A DNA stretch of 64,000 nucleotides, taken from positions 26,912,034 to 26,976,033 of the forward strand of contig NC_092372.1 in assembly GCF_030028105.1 (NCBI RefSeq), read 5' to 3'. Shown piece by piece: positions 40,975 to 55,064 of the stretch (position 1 is its first letter; every line of letters starts with the position of its first letter). A program made the position numbers and the translations under genes. This DNA is from Mobula birostris. Its lineage: Eukaryota. Below the pieces are notes generated by a model. That model had not been told where the DNA came from. It saw nothing but the letters and a program-made list of their open reading frames with translations, and made no database searches.

Positions 40975-42995
40975 CATTAGGACATTCAGCCGTCTAGTAT
41001 GCTCCACCATTCCATCATGGCTGATTCATTATCAATCCTAACCCCATTTTCTTGCCTCTCCTTTTAATTTTTCACACCCTTACTAATCATGAACTTATCA
41101 ATTTCCACTTTAAATATACCTAAAGACTTGGATGTCTGTGGCAGTGAATGCCACTGATTCATCACCTCTGGCTAAAGAAATTCCTCCTCACCTCTGCTCT
41201 AAAGGGATTTCTAGACTCCTCCACAATCAGGAGACCACTCCATCCAGACCTTTCAACATTAAATATAGGTGTCCATGATAACCCCCTCATTCTTCTAAAC
41301 TCCAGTAAGAGGCAAAGGCAGGTTACTGGCACCTTAAAACCAGTCGCTTTGGGCAGATGGTGCTTGTCAGCTGTGGCTGCTGCTCATCTAGGGGAAAGAA
41401 AACTCTGATCTCAAAGCCCCGCTGCCCTGCGGTTATACCACTCACGGAGAAGACTCTGGAGTCCCTAAGGCAGTCCTACTTTGAGTCCAATGCTGACTGG
41501 CAGCTCCTGTGATATTCCTGGAACCAAACTCTATCAGTCTCTGCTGTTCCTTTAGATTTGTCAGATACGTGGAGAGGGGGAAGCTTGCCACACTGGTGAC
41601 AGCTTGCTCTCCATAACGTACTGCCCAGGCTTGTGTAACCACACAGCTCAGACGCAACATCCATGTTCAACGCTGACTGACGGAGGCCCCCACTCACAGT
41701 TCCAGAACCATCAAATGCTCCTCAAATGTCAACTCTTTCATTCCGGAATTATTCTCGCAAACCTCCTCAGGACCCTCTCCAATGAAGACACATCATTTCT
41801 TAGAAAACAGACCCACAACTGCTTACAATACTCCTAGTACAGCCTGACCAATGCCTCATAAAACCTCAGTATGACATCTCTGGTTTTATATTCTAGCCCT
41901 CTTGAAATTAATGCTAAAATTGCTTCCTTACCAACACTACCTGAAAATTAGCCTTCAAGGAATCCTGCATGAGGAGTTTAAAGTACCCTTGCACCTTTGA
42001 TTTCTGAATTTTCTCTGCTTAGAAAATCTTCCAAGCCTTTATTCCTCCTACCAAAGTATGTGAACATACACTTACCGACACTATATTTCATTTGCCACTT
42101 CTTTGCCCATTCTCTCTACCGGTCCAAGTCCTTCCACAGACTCCCTGCTTCAACACTACCTGTCTCTCCATGTTTCTTATTACTCTCCGCAAACCTAGGC
42201 ACAAAGCCATCAATACCGTCATCCAAATCATTGACATATAATGTGAAAAGAAGCAGTCCCAACACCGAACCCTGCAGACCACCACTAGTCACCAGCAGCC
42301 AACCAGAAAAGGCTCCCTGTATTTTCACTCCTACATCTTCTGATCCTATGTCATCTCTAACAAATTCATTTCATTTTATTTCACCAGAGTCATCCAAACT
42401 CCTGCTATCTGTCTGTTCTTTTGAATCCCACTACAACCTTCTTTCAGCCATGACTGAATGATGCCTCCAGCTTAATTCCTGTCAATCTCTAACTGCACTA
42501 CAAGATCATCTACCTTATTTTGCATACAAATATTCACCCTCTGTCCTCTATTTATCCTTTTTGATTTTGCCCCTATGTAACACTTCAAACTCATCCCACT
42601 GACTGCAATTTCACCCTATCATCTGTCTGTCCTTCCTCAGTCTCACTACACACGGCACCTAGTTGTACAGCAACTGCCCCATCCTCAGTCCTGCCACTCC
42701 AGTTCGCATACCCCTGCAAAGTTAGTTTAAACCCTCCCTTGAGTTTAAGTGTAACTTGTCCTTTCTGTACAGGTCATACCTTCCCCAAAGAGATCCCAAC
42801 AATCCAGAAAACTTAAACCCTGCCCCCCTGAACCAACTCCTTAGCCAGACTTTCATCTGCCAATCTTCCCCTCGCTGGCACAGTGGCACAGGCAGCAGTT
42901 CTGAAATTACTACCTTCTTCAGCTTTCCACTTAACTCCCTATATTCTCTCTTCAGGCTCCATTCCTTTTCCTACCTATATCGTTGGTACTAAGTA
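40975..42995 (-). mobile_element. Degenerate CR1 with a nested ~390-bp insert (~41312-41705)
   Basis: WLLVTSGGLQGSVLGLLLFTLYVNDLDDGIDGFVPRFA (RT); ORF1 remnant near 42700-42990. Confidence 0.8.
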
Positions 42996-43559
42996 TCACA
43001 ACCTCCAGCCGTTCACCTGAGCTCAAGATAATTATCTTAACTATACGTATTTACAACAAACGAAATAACATTCATCTGGACCACCGTGCACCCACAAGAC
43101 ACATCACACATAGCTCATAAAACAAAATACACTACCACAAATGTGTTAATAAAATATAATTTAAAGCGCATGTAGTGCACAGCACAGGGAAATAGGTAAC
43201 AGCTGAATATCCTAGTGACGAGATCTCGGTTGTGGCAGGATATTCGTTAGTCTCACAGCCTGAGGGAAGAAGCTATTACCTAGTCTGCTAGCCCTAGTCC
43301 TGATACTCCTGTATCTCCTTCCTGACGGTAGTGGGTCAAAGAGATTGTGGGATGGGTGGTAGGGATCTTCAGCAATGTTTGTCCCTTTGTATACAACGGT
43401 CTCGATAAACATCACTTATAGGAGAGGGGAACCCCAGTGATCATCTGGGCAGTTTTTACAATCCTTTATACCAGGAGTTCCCAACCTTTTTTTTCCCCCA
43501 ATGCTATGGACCAATACCATTAAGCAAGAGGTCCTTGAACCCCAGGTTGGGAATCCCGG

Positions 43560-44100
43560 CTCTTACAGCCCGACGCCTTGCACACATCGATGCGACCGGA
43601 CAGGACACCCCCAACGGCGTTACAATGCGAGGAGACGGTATAACAGAGCCCAGATCAGACACAGGCGGGTGCGGCAGCCAGCGCCGACTTGCCGGCACAG
43701 CAGGCCGCGCACCCCCGCCGCCACTCACCTGCGTATTGCCGCGCCAGGCGCGAAAGCTCCTGTCCATCGAACACGTACCGCTTGCTGCCCATCCAGGCGC
43801 TGATCGCCATTATCCCGAGCCCGAGCACCGTCACCAAGGCGGTGGCCCGGCACAACGCTCGCTTCATGGCTCGGTCGCTTTCCCGCTGAGTGACGCGCCG
43901 CTCCCGGACCCGGCGACTGATAACAGCGCGCCGGCAAACGCCAATCCCCAGCCAGCCTCCTCCCTGACGGACAGCTCGATCCGCCTATCGGCGCTCTCCG
44001 GCGGACCCGGCCGTGGAATCGCCAATCAGCCCAACGGCCAGGGTTGTGACGCAGCGAGCAGGTTGTGGAGTCCGCTGCAGGCCGACTAAAACCCGGCCGG
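43560..44100. promoter_or_regulatory. CpG island / SIGMAR1 promoter
   Basis: GC- and CpG-rich island over exon 1 in an otherwise CpG-depleted window; CCAAT boxes near 43942 and 44022. Confidence 0.85.
43729..43867 (-). CDS. SIGMAR1: Sigma non-opioid intracellular receptor 1, exon 1
   Basis: gccATG; MKRALCRATALVTVLGLGIMAISAWMGSKRYVFDGQELSRLARQYA (TM helix plus LARQYAG); donor CAG|GTGAGT, phase 1. Confidence 0.95.
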
Positions 44101-45572
44101 AATTGAAATTGGTTTATTATTATCACATGTGCGCAATACTGCGCAAAGCATGTCCTGGATTCTGTTCCAACAGATCAAATTGATACACAACACACTGAGG
44201 AAGAACAAAGTCAAGCAATAAACGACTGCAGAATCACACTGTTCATACAGATCAATTCGTTACAATAGTGCATTGAGGGAGTAAGACAATAACAATGCAT
44301 AATAAAGTATTACACTTAGAGAGAAAGTGCAGTGCTGTTAGGCAATACAGTCAAGATCATAATGGGGTGGATTGTAAGGCCAAGAGTCAATTTTCATACA
44401 AGGGAACCGTTCAATAGTCAAATCAGGCTGCCCTTGAGATATGCTTTCAGGCTTTTGTATCTTCTGACCAGTGGATGAGGGGGAAAGAGAGGATATCTGG
44501 GCTGGGTGGATTCTTTTATTCTGCTGGTGATTTACTGAGGCAGCACGAGGTGTAGTCAAAGTGGATGGAGCCTGACAACATTCAGACAATCTTGGAAATA
44601 CTCAGCAGGTCAAGCAGCTTATTTAGGGACAGAACTATTGAAATGTCATTAATACAAAATAGATTTTTTTTCTATTTTAGATTGACAGTATAGACAGAGT
44701 CCATGGAGAGGAGGTGGATTTTTATGATGGACTGAGCTGTGCCCATAATCTGCAATTTCTTGCAATCCTGGGCAGAGTCGTTCCCATACCAAGCTGTGAC
44801 ACGCTTACATATAGTATCAGTAAAGAAAAAAATCAGAACCAGGTTTATTATCACTAACATATGTTGTGAAATAGTTGTTTTTGCTGCAGCAGTACAGAGC
44901 AACACATAAAGATTACCATAAATTACAATTTAAAAAGTTATAAAACTAAATCGAGAACAAATGGCGAGGCAATGTTCATGGTCCATTCAGAAATCTGACG
45001 GCAGAGGGGAATAAACCGTTCATATAATGTTGAGTCTTTGGATTTAGGTATAGACTCTGAAGGGAAGTTGATATTCGTGATGGGGAGAGCTGCGTCCACA
45101 ACTCTGCAAGTTCATGCCAGAGGAGCAGTTCCCATACCAAGCTACGATGCATCTGGATGGGATTTTCGGTAAAGAACGCACTATCGTAATGTTTATTTTA
45201 GGTTATTTATAGTGTAAATCAACCACTTGTTGATTTAAATTTATTTTAAATTTAATGTTTGTAATGTTGCTGCAAAACAAACTTACTTTCCTGATACTTA
45301 TACCCTCGGTATCTGAAGAAAAGAAACAGGTGGAAGAAATCAGAGCTAAATCAGGAACATTCAGTCAAATCCTAGGGTTCGTTTACGGTTGGCCTGTCAG
45401 AAATCCTGGCACAGCGGAGTCCAAATAGCAAAAGCGGGAGATTAATTTAGTCTCATTGTTTTATAAGTGATGACATGTGTTATCTGCAATTAAAATAAGA
45501 TGTTAAAAGTAAAGCGGTAAAAGTAAAGCTATGTATTGCCTTTAACCTCGCTGTGGAACTGAGGACTGGCTG

Positions 45573-45642
45573 ATGGAAGGGAGTGAAAGAAACTCCAGCG
45601 TGGAACCAAAAGTCCCCGCAAAGCCGACTTTCGACCCCAGTG
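45573..45642 (+). CDS. GALT: Candidate first coding exon of galactose-1-phosphate uridylyltransferase (partial; remainder not seen in window)
   Basis: ATG...MEGSERNSSVEPKVPAKPTFDPS+G|GTAATT. Short phase-1 exon ending in TF-x-x-x, like GALT exon 1 before the D/E-HQH motif; head-to-head with SIGMAR1 as in human. Exon 2 not found in the window. Confidence 0.45.
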
Positions 45643-47559
45643 GTAATTTACATAAAGATTTACTAATTTTACTAGAAACGGTGAAGTTGGTCTAATTAAT
45701 ACTGAAACATCACTGCCTGATCTATTCATTTAGTGGCTGCTTGTCTTGTGTTAGATGCCATTTAATCTAATTCTATTCTGGCGGAAGTATGTTTCTGTTT
45801 ATCGGATCATAATCTTCCTTTGCCCACTGTGTGCTATCCTTCAAAATCCCAATGTATATGTTTTGCTGGGCACGTTACTAAACGTACACATTGAATTTTG
45901 AAGTAAGGGGAAAAATTGGGGTCGAAAGAGGGTTTGTTTTAACATAATGAAACGGGGTAAGGATTGGGACAGAAGTCCAAAGTTAAACAGGTGAAATTCA
46001 GGCCAAATAAGAAGATTGAATCAAAGTTGAAAAAATATCTATGGTTAATAAAATTTAAAGTGACAGGGCTTTACGTTTGAATGTTAAAGCGCATTTATCT
46101 CCCATTTACTGTACAGCTTAGGCGGTTGGAATACTTTAGCTGTATGATTTGACAATTCAAATCAACCAAGAAATTTGAGGTTTATGAATGCATTTCAGTG
46201 GCGAGGCAGATACAGCAAATACATTCTGTGAACATCAGAGAATGATCTTGAGGTTTCTCTTTTGTGCATCTATGCTTTGTTCATTATTGGTTAATATTCT
46301 TGTTATCATTAGTTAACTCGGAATTAGATAAACTTAGGACTTTATTGGTTGGTTGCTGTCTGAAAAAGTTCTAATTTTCTTACCACACAACTTTTACTGG
46401 TTCAGTTTCTATTTAAAAAGAAAAACTAATTAAATACTAAATCACAGATAAGAATAAGAAGACCCCCTCCCTCCCCCACGAGCAAAAAAGCATCTCCTCC
46501 ACCAGTAAAAATGATTCCTCCTTCTCCATTTATTTACCTTATCCACCCATTTGGCTTCACTTATCACCTTCTAGCTAGCCTCCTTCCTCTCCCTCTACCT
46601 TTTTATTCTGGCATCTTCCCCCTTCCATTTTAGTCGCGAAGAAGTGTCTGGGCCTGAGACGCTGACTATTTGTTCCTCTCAATTTATGCTTCTTCACCTG
46701 CTGAGTTCCTCTATCATTTTGTGTGTGTTGCCTTGGATTTCCGGCATCTGCAGAATTTCTCATGTTTGTGATTCACTTTCCCTGCCTAAAGATTGCCTTG
46801 TTGCTTGTGTTTAGTTTCTATTCTCTTTTGTTTTGTGGTCCCTAATGCCTTGTTATTTTGCGGTCTATTATTAAAATTATTGCTTACTGCTGCATCATCT
46901 CCTCTGCTGTTGGGCCAAGCTTCTGCTACAAAGTTCTAGTGATATCATTGGAGTATTCAGTTATTAGAACTTTCAGTTCTTTTCAGCAGTTAACTGTTGT
47001 AGATAACTATGTTTAGGACTTGAATGGGAAGCTGGAATGAAAATCTGCAGACTGTGGATAAGCAAGAACAGAATTGGGGATTATTGGACCATGAAAATAA
47101 GAATGTGGTTTTAAAATAGACGTACAGTCAAGAGAATCTGTGGATGCTGGAAATTGTCAGCAACGCACACAAAATGCTGGAGGAACTGAGCAAGTCAGGA
47201 AGCATCTATGGAAGGGAATAAACAACTGCCATTTTGGGCAGAAACAGTCCGGATGAAGGGTCTTGGCCCAATATGTCCACTACTGATTCTTTTCCACAGA
47301 TGCTGCCTGAATTGCTGAGTTCCTCCAGCATTGTGAGTGTGTTGCTTAAACATAGACAAATTTTAGGTGTAATATGTCTGGCACCAGAGTGACATTGTAG
47401 GTATTTGTACATGCAGAAGTCTTCTGAACCTATATGTATGCTCTTTTCCACACTGTTTTTCATAATCTTGTATCATTTTCTCCAGGCATCCTTTCCCCTC
47501 TATTTTCTCCCCTAAATGCCCTCCTCCTTTTTGTATTTTCAATTCTACCCTGTCCATGT

Positions 47560-48630
47560 TCTAGCCATTGGCCTCTTCATTCTCTCCTGGGTGAGACTGC
47601 CTCACTTGCACGGTCCTCTTTTACTCAGTAAGGGACTGCCCAGGGATGATGTTATCCCTGCTTATCCAGCCAAGACTGTTCTCTAACTTTATCACATGAA
47701 ACTTGGCGCTCACTTCTGCTCATTCCCATTCCGACATGTACTCTACTTCCGACTCTACTGCCATGATGAGGCCATTCTTGGGTTGGAGGAGCAACACTTT
47801 CTATTCTGTCAAATAGTATCCCGTCGTACAGTTAATTCTATAAAACACAATGCAATGGGAAAGAAGCAAGTCTGAAAAGAACCCTGATGTACAGAGGGGC
47901 CAGTACCTCATTTTCTATCTGGATTCCCACCAACCTGATGGCACGAACATTGATTTTTAAAACAACACACACAAAATGCTGGAGAAACTCAGCAGGCCAA
48001 GCACCATCTAAGGAAAAAGGTATAGTCAATGTTTCGGGCCAAGAATAGAGTATAGTCGATGTTTCTGTAAATGGTGCCTGGTCTGTTGAGTTCCTCCAGC
48101 AATTTATGTGTATTGATTGGATTTCCAGCATCTGCAGATCTTCTCTTGTTTATGATTGATTTAAAAAAAAAAAAAAAAAATTCTTTAATTTCTGCTCCCT
48201 CCCTTTTCACTCTTTTTCAATTTCCCTTCTAGCTCCTTTTCAACCCTTCCCTTCTCCTCACCAGCCAATCACCTCCTTCTGGTGCCCACTTCCTTCCCTT
48301 TCTCCCATGGTCTACTCTCCTCTCCTATCAGATTCATCCTTCTACTGCTTGTCACCTCCCAGCTTCTCACTTCATTACCCCTCCCACCCCACCTATCCAT
48401 CTTCCCCATTACCTGGCTTCACTTATCACACGCCACCTTGTACTCATTCCCCTCTCCCCCCACACATTCTGGCTTCTTGCTGCTTCCTTTCCGGCCATGA
48501 GGATGGGCCTCAGCCCGAAGCATTGACTGTTTATTCCTGTGTTTAGGTGCTGCCCAACCTGCCGAGTTCCTCCAGCATTTGGTGTTTGTTTTTCTGGACT
48601 TCCAGTGTCTGCAGATTCTCTTGTGATTAT
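47560..48630 (+). mobile_element. Penelope-like 3' region (EN tail, pyrimidine-rich UTR, pLTR) with a nested fold-back copy
   Basis: HF.S.SHSHSDM...LEEQH..F-type tail at 47700-47810; fold-back unit 47960-48150; pLTR to ~48625. Confidence 0.65.
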
Positions 48631-49679
48631 GGTCTCACTGCTACTGCTGGGACAGAAAGAGATATTACATCCAATAACTCAGAGGCTTCCTTTGTCCAAA
48701 GCCTAAAGGTCCCAACATGCTTTCAGTTGGCCTGGCAGTTTAATTACCGAAGTTTATTATCGAAGTGTATATAAATTAAACAACCTTGAGATTTGTCTGT
48801 TTATAGGCAGTCACAAAACAAGAAACCCGAAAGAACCCGTTTTAAAAAGAGACTATAACTACCACTTAATGAGCAGACAGAGAAAAATGCAAATCATGCA
48901 AACGCTAAAAAGCAAGCAACAGCATTCGGAACAGATGTAAGTCCGTAGACATGAGGCCCAGAGCAGCTGGATCAGGCCCACAGCGTTCGGCCTCGGTTAT
49001 TCACAAAGCGGGGCAAGTTGTCGCGAAGCTCGCAGCAGCTGGGGCAGGCCATGGCCTAAGTCTCGGTGTTGTGGAGAGCGGAGATGGAAGCTAACAATCC
49101 AGACGTATAAAATTCAAATCCAGCTGCAGCAGTTGTGGAATTTGAAAATCAGTGTTTCACCTGGAATTGTTAAAAAATAGAGCTACCATGTTATATATAT
49201 AAAAAAAAATGCATCTGGCTCAAAAATGACCTTCAGAGGAGGAAATCTGCCATCTTTATCTGGTACAGGACGTCAGACTCACCAATGAGATGAAGGCAGG
49301 AAAGGCCTAGTGAGCCACTTACTTCAAGGACATTTAAGGGTGGACAATAAATGCTGGCAATACTGGGTTCCATTTTTATTTTAAACAGAACTGTCAATAA
49401 GCAGCTTCACTGCTTTTGGGAGAATCAGGCCTCTCCCAGAAACTCCCAACCCTGTGTTTCATTTGACACCTGCGCTCTCCCGGAGCGAGGCGAGCTCCTC
49501 ACTGCCATTGCTTTTCCTTCCACCTCTCACTGATCTCAGCAGCCATTTCACGGGAGACCTCTGGCCTCCTTAGGACCGTTCCTACCCTGAACGCTTCCCC
49601 AGCGAGTAACTTTGCAGGAGGTCTGTTTGCCTGGTGTCACATTTATTATTGTCACATGTACCCAGGTGCAGTGAAAAAC

Positions 49680-49775
49680 AAGCAACACACGCAAAATGCT
49701 GGTGGAATGCCGCAGGCCAGGCAGCATCCACAGGAAGAAGCACGGGTGACGTTTCAGGCTGAGACCCTTCGTCAG
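49680..49775 (-). ncRNA. Penelope-derived insert with an intact minimal hammerhead catalytic core
   Basis: Minus strand CTGACGA-AGG-GTCTCAG-CCT-GAAACGTC (49775-49748); 11-bp TSD CAGTGAAAAAC (49669-49679 / 49773-49783); stem I apparently lost. Confidence 0.55.
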
Positions 49776-50774
49776 TGAAAAACTTTGTTTTGCATGCCAT
49801 CAATACAGATCAGCTCCTCACGTCAGTACATCAAGCTAGTACAAGGGATAAAAAAACAACTGAACGCAGAACACAGTTACAGAGAATGGGTGTGCTGGCA
49901 GACAATAATTTGCAAGGCCATAACAAAGTAGATTGTGAGGTCAGAAGTCCACCTTATTGTACAAGAGGTCCTTTCAATTGTCTTATACTGGTGGGGTAGA
50001 AGTTGTGCTTGAGCCTGGTGATGTAAGTTTACAGGCTTTTCTATCTTCTACCTGTCGGGGGCGGGGGTGGGGGGAGTGATAATAGAGAATATCCGGAGTG
50101 GGAGGAGTCTTTGTTTATGTTGGCTGCTTAACCAAGGCAGTGTGACGTGTAGCAGAATCCATCAAGGGGAGGCTGGTGTCCTGTGTCCTCGTCTCTCTGC
50201 AGTTTCTTGTGATCCCATGCAGAGTAGCTGTCATATCAAGCCATGATGCATCTGGATAAGATGCTTTCCATGGTAGGTCACTTGGCCATTATTTAAGAAC
50301 AGCTGCTTCACAATATGTCCCCTCCAGCAGTCTCTATTTGTGTTTCATCAGTCCTTGCCAATCCACTTCTTTTACATTTCTTATAGAAAAACATGAGAAA
50401 CATGAGGTGGTGGGGTGGAGGTATACCTCTACCAAAGGAGGTGTGAGGTGCTCCTTCCCTCCGCTAGCCTGCAGGTCACCCTTGGCGGAAGTGAAGAACC
50501 TGTTTAGTGCCCCCCCCCCCCCCCCAATCAGGGTCACTTGTCGGATGGTCATATTAGTAGCTGGTGTATATCACAAGTCCTGGTTATGCAACCACTGACG
50601 CCAGGCTCAGACCAATCTCTGGCCAGATTTCCCCCGGGATCAATAAAGTATGACTATGACTATAGAAGAAAGCAATGGCAAACCACTTCTGTGAAAATTT
50701 GCCAAGAACAATCATGGTGATGGGACCGTGATTGTCTATGTCATATGACATGGCACATACCGAATGAAGATGAT

Positions 50775-51150
50775 GAAATGTATAAAATTCTAAAGAGATT
50801 GGACAGGCTAAATGCAGGAAGATTGTTCCTGATGTTGGGGAAGTCCAGAATGAGGGGCCACAGTTTGAGGATAAAGGGGAAGCCTTTTAGGACCAAGATG
50901 AGGAAAAACTTCTTCACACAGAGAGTGGTCTATCTGTGGAATTCTCTGCCACAGGAAACAGTTGAGGCCAGTTCATTGGCTATATTTAAGAGGGAGTTAG
51001 ATATGGCCCTTGTGGCTAAAGGGATCAGGGGGTATGGAGGGAAGGCTGGTGCAGGGTTCTGAGTTGGATGATCAGCCATGATCATACTGAATGGCGGTGC
51101 AGGCTCAAAGGGCCAAATGGCCTACTCCTGCACCTACTTTCTATGTTTCT
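50775..51150 (+). mobile_element. CR1 LINE 3' fragment
   Basis: RGHSLRIKGKPFRT.MRKNFFTQRVV.LWNSLP plus CR1 3'UTR. Confidence 0.9.
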
Positions 51151-52744
51151 ATCAAAAGCCAACATGAATGGGATTGTAAGATTCAATTTTACTGCTTGTT
51201 TCCAGCAGGTATTTTTCTTTCTGTTACAGACCATTGGCTTTACTGCACTTCTGGTATTTTGCAGTTTTAAAGTTCAAAGTTTGAAGTACTGAACATTTAT
51301 AATCAAAGTTAGTATGCAGTATACAACCGTGAAATTTGTCTTACCCATAGCGACGAAACAAAGAGAAACCATAGAACCAACCCACCCAGGGAAAAACATA
51401 AAACATCAAACTCCCCTCCCAAGGCAAAATATATCGTCAAATGGCACCAAGAAAACCGAGGAAATACAGCATATAAACACGCTATCAATAAGCATATTTC
51501 AGTAGAGTACTGTCTCTATGGTAATACTAGAAATATAACTGCCAATTTATATCTAAATGGCATTAGGAAAATAACCAGATAATAGTGTTTAAAAGTCAAG
51601 ATTGAGAGATCACAAGTATTGGCCAAGGCTTCTGTGGATAATGTCTTTGATTTTCTCCAAATGATACCAGCAGAGTTTTATGACCACCTGAATAAACTGT
51701 AGGAGCTTGGATTTTTTTTAATATTCAAGTTTCTAGTGAGCTGATAAGCTCTGGCCTGGATGACCGCACCAGCTGATTCCTATTGCTGGTTTTCCTATGT
51801 GAATTGGTTCTTTTCCGAAATGCATCACTTTTTTTGCTTAATTATGTAAATTTTGGCCAGAATTTGCATACAGCTGAAGTGCAACTGTAGGGGAGAATGG
51901 AATTTTTGATGTTTCGGGTTGAATCCTGCACCCAGCATCTGCAGTTTCTTGCGTCTCCTTTAAGTCGCATGGACTTCAGAGTAACGGATAGTTCTCATGA
52001 GATGAGAATTGGTTAACAGTAGAATGAGTGGGAAGAAATGAGTCTTTCTCAGATTGCCAGTTAGTGGTTGGTAGGGTACCACCAGGATCAAAAGTTGGGA
52101 TAGCACACACAAAATGCTGGAGGAACTCAGCAGGCCAGGCAGCATGTATGGAAAAGAGGACAGTCAAAGTTTCAGGCCGAGACCCTTCAGCAGGACTGAC
52201 CTGAAATATCGACTGTACTCTTTACCAGAGATGTTGCCTGTTCTGCTGAGTTCCTCCAACATTTTGTGTGTGTTGCTGGGAAATCTGCAGATTTTCTCAT
52301 TTGTCAAAGGTTGAGGTACAAGGTTTTCATGGTCCATCTCAATGATTTGGCTGAGGTGACCAAATGTCATCTCTCCAGGTTTGCTGATGATACTAGGGTG
52401 GATTAAGGAGGAGCATATAAGGAGGCTTCTAGACCATTATAGACAAGCTAAGTGAGTGGTGAGAAGAAGGCAGAGGAAAACTAATGTGGAAAATTTGAGG
52501 GCACCCACTTTGCTGTATAAAACAAAAATATTCCACTTGTCTAGCTGATGAGAGATGCAAAAATATTGATGTTCCGAGGGACCTATGTATACTACAACAC
52601 AAGTCACTGAAAGCCAGCAAGCAATTAGGAATGCAGTCAATGTGTTGGTCTTTTATTGTGGGAGTATTTGATGCAGGAGTGAGGACATATTACAGCAATG
52701 TATATTGGACTTTAATGAGGTGGTGAGTGAGTGCAATGATGATT

Positions 52745-53595
52745 TTTGCCAGATTCTGAGTTGTGTCATAACAACAACCTCTTACTCAATGTCAGCAAGA
52801 CCAGGGAGCTGATTATTGACATCAGGAGGAGGAAACCAAAGGTCCATGAGCCAGTCCTCATGGAGGATCTGAGGTGGAGAGGGTCAGCAACTTTAAATTC
52901 CTTGGTGTTATTAACTGTCCTGGGGCCAGCTCGGAAGTGCAATTACGAAGGAAGCACGGCAGAGCCTCTGCTTCCTTAGGAGCTTGTAAAGATTCAGCAT
53001 AACATCTAAAACTTTGATAAACTTCTATATATGTGTAGTAGAGCGTATATTGACTGGCCCCATCACAGCCTGGTATGGAAATACCAATGCCCTTGGAAGG
53101 AAAATCCTACAAAAAGTAGTGGATACGGCCCAGTCTATCACGGGTAAAGCCGTTGCCATAGAGTCCGAGACCCCCACCACCCAGGACATGCTCTCTTCTC
53201 ACTGCTGCCATCAGGAATAAGGCACAGGAGCCTCAAGACTCACACCACCAGGTTCAGGAGCAGTTACTACCCTTCAATCATTCGTCTTTGAACCAAAGGG
53301 GATACGTTTACTCAACTTTACTTGCTACATCACTTAAATGTTCCCACAACCTATGGCCTCACTTCCAAGGACACTTCATTTCATGTTCTGGATATTTATT
53401 GCTTATTTTTTTTATTATTATTTATTTTTGTTTATGCACACTGGTTGAACACCCAGTCAGTGTGGTGTCTCATTGATTCTATCATTATCAATATTCTGTT
53501 AATGATTTATTGAGTATGCCCACAGGAAACTGAATCTCAGGGTTGTATATGGTGACATATAGGTACTTTGATAATAAATCTACTTTGAACTTTGA
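52745..53595 (+). mobile_element. Rex1/Babar-like non-LTR 3' fragment
   Basis: NNLLLNVSKTRELIID...; NFY.CVVE.ILTG.ITAWYG; ACTTTGA tail. Confidence 0.8.
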
Positions 53596-54867
53596 GATAT
53601 TTGGTTTGCTGTATGCTTAGAGATTGAATAGACCAAGTATTGAGCGTTAAGAAGAATAAAAGGTGAATTCAGTTGAATTTACAGAATTTTTATAGGGTAT
53701 CTTAGCAGGTAGAATGTTTGCCCAACTGTGCCGAATAAGGATTCTCAGTCTTAGAATACAGGGAAGACCGTTTAAGACTGAAATGAGGAGAAATCTCTTC
53801 ATTCAGAGGGTAGTAAATCTAAGGGATTTTTTGTCCTGGATTACAATAGAGGGTCAGTCAGAGTTGATGATAGATTTTGGGGAGGTGGAAATAGTACAGG
53901 AAAAAAGCCAAGGTAGAAACATGAACATCAGCAGTGGATAGGGCAGCATGCTCAAATGACCAGAACCTCATCCTAAACTGCTTTGGACCTTTGTATTATG
54001 CCAGCAGGTTGGGTAGGATCTGATCCTGGTGTTACAGATTTGCCTGTTTAGCTCTCACTGCCCGGTTCCTATTCACCTGTGGCTTAGTATTTTGTTCAGA
54101 CATTCTGAGCCAGGATCCTATTTTCCCCGATCTCTAGCCGATCCAACAACTCCTTTTCTGTTATCTTCAAAAGCCCCTTTCTTCTCTTCCACCATGTTTT
54201 CTTTAATTTCTCTGTGTATGATCCTTTCTCTTCTATAATCTGTCAGTGATCTTTATCTTCCTATGTCTACTTCTGTATTGGACAAGACCATATTGCCTCC
54301 CTCATAGTGTTTTCATTTGATCCTGCTACCTTATAGCAACAGCCATAGCTTGTCCCTCCAACTCTTGGCGGTTTGTCTGCTCAGTGTGCCTGCTGATGGC
54401 TAATTTTGCTCATCAAATTCCCCTTCCAGCTATGTGACTGGGTTATCAATTGCTGTCTCATTCCTGTGTTTCACTGTATGTTTTTCATATTCTTGTGATA
54501 GGTGAACTTGAATCTTGATGCTTGAATTTTGAATCTTGACTATCCATTCATGTGAACTAGATTTTTTCCACCAACAAGGAGCCTCATCCCCCTTCTCCAA
54601 CCTCATGATGTACTTCTGTCTGGCTTAATTCCTTCACGTTTGCTACGCAGCTTTCCCCCTTGAGAATTTAGCCCTGATCTCCTATTTCTTTTCACTTCCT
54701 TAATACATCTCAATTAAATCCTGACAGAATAGTATTGGATTCTATATCTACGTTTTGTGTCAACAGAGGTGAAAATAACTTAAATGCATCACATGTATTG
54801 CAAGCATATCTCCAGTCATTTTCCTACTGGTTTGCTTTGACTTTTGGATGGCTTTAACTCTACCTAC

Positions 54868-55064
54868 TGTTAATGCCCAAACAGTAAAGACCAGTTTTTC
54901 TTTTGTGTAAACAATTTTACTTTCAATTTCTCAATTCAATACATGAGGGCCACCACCTTTTCGTCCCACAAATTTCCCCTTTTCCTCTGGCGTGCATGCG
55001 CATAATAGGGAAAGTGAGCATGCCTACTAAATACTTGTATAGTCCAAGTGAAGAGAACTCAACA
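54868..55064 (-). repeat. Putative 3' LTR of the Copia element (197 bp)
   Basis: TGTTGA...TTAACA termini directly after a purine-rich tract; partner LTR not in the window. Confidence 0.6.

Noticed and set aside
43501-44126. Several overlapping 70-184 aa ORFs around SIGMAR1 exon 1
   Set aside because: Expected in a GC-rich CpG island; only 43729-43867 has homology and splice support.
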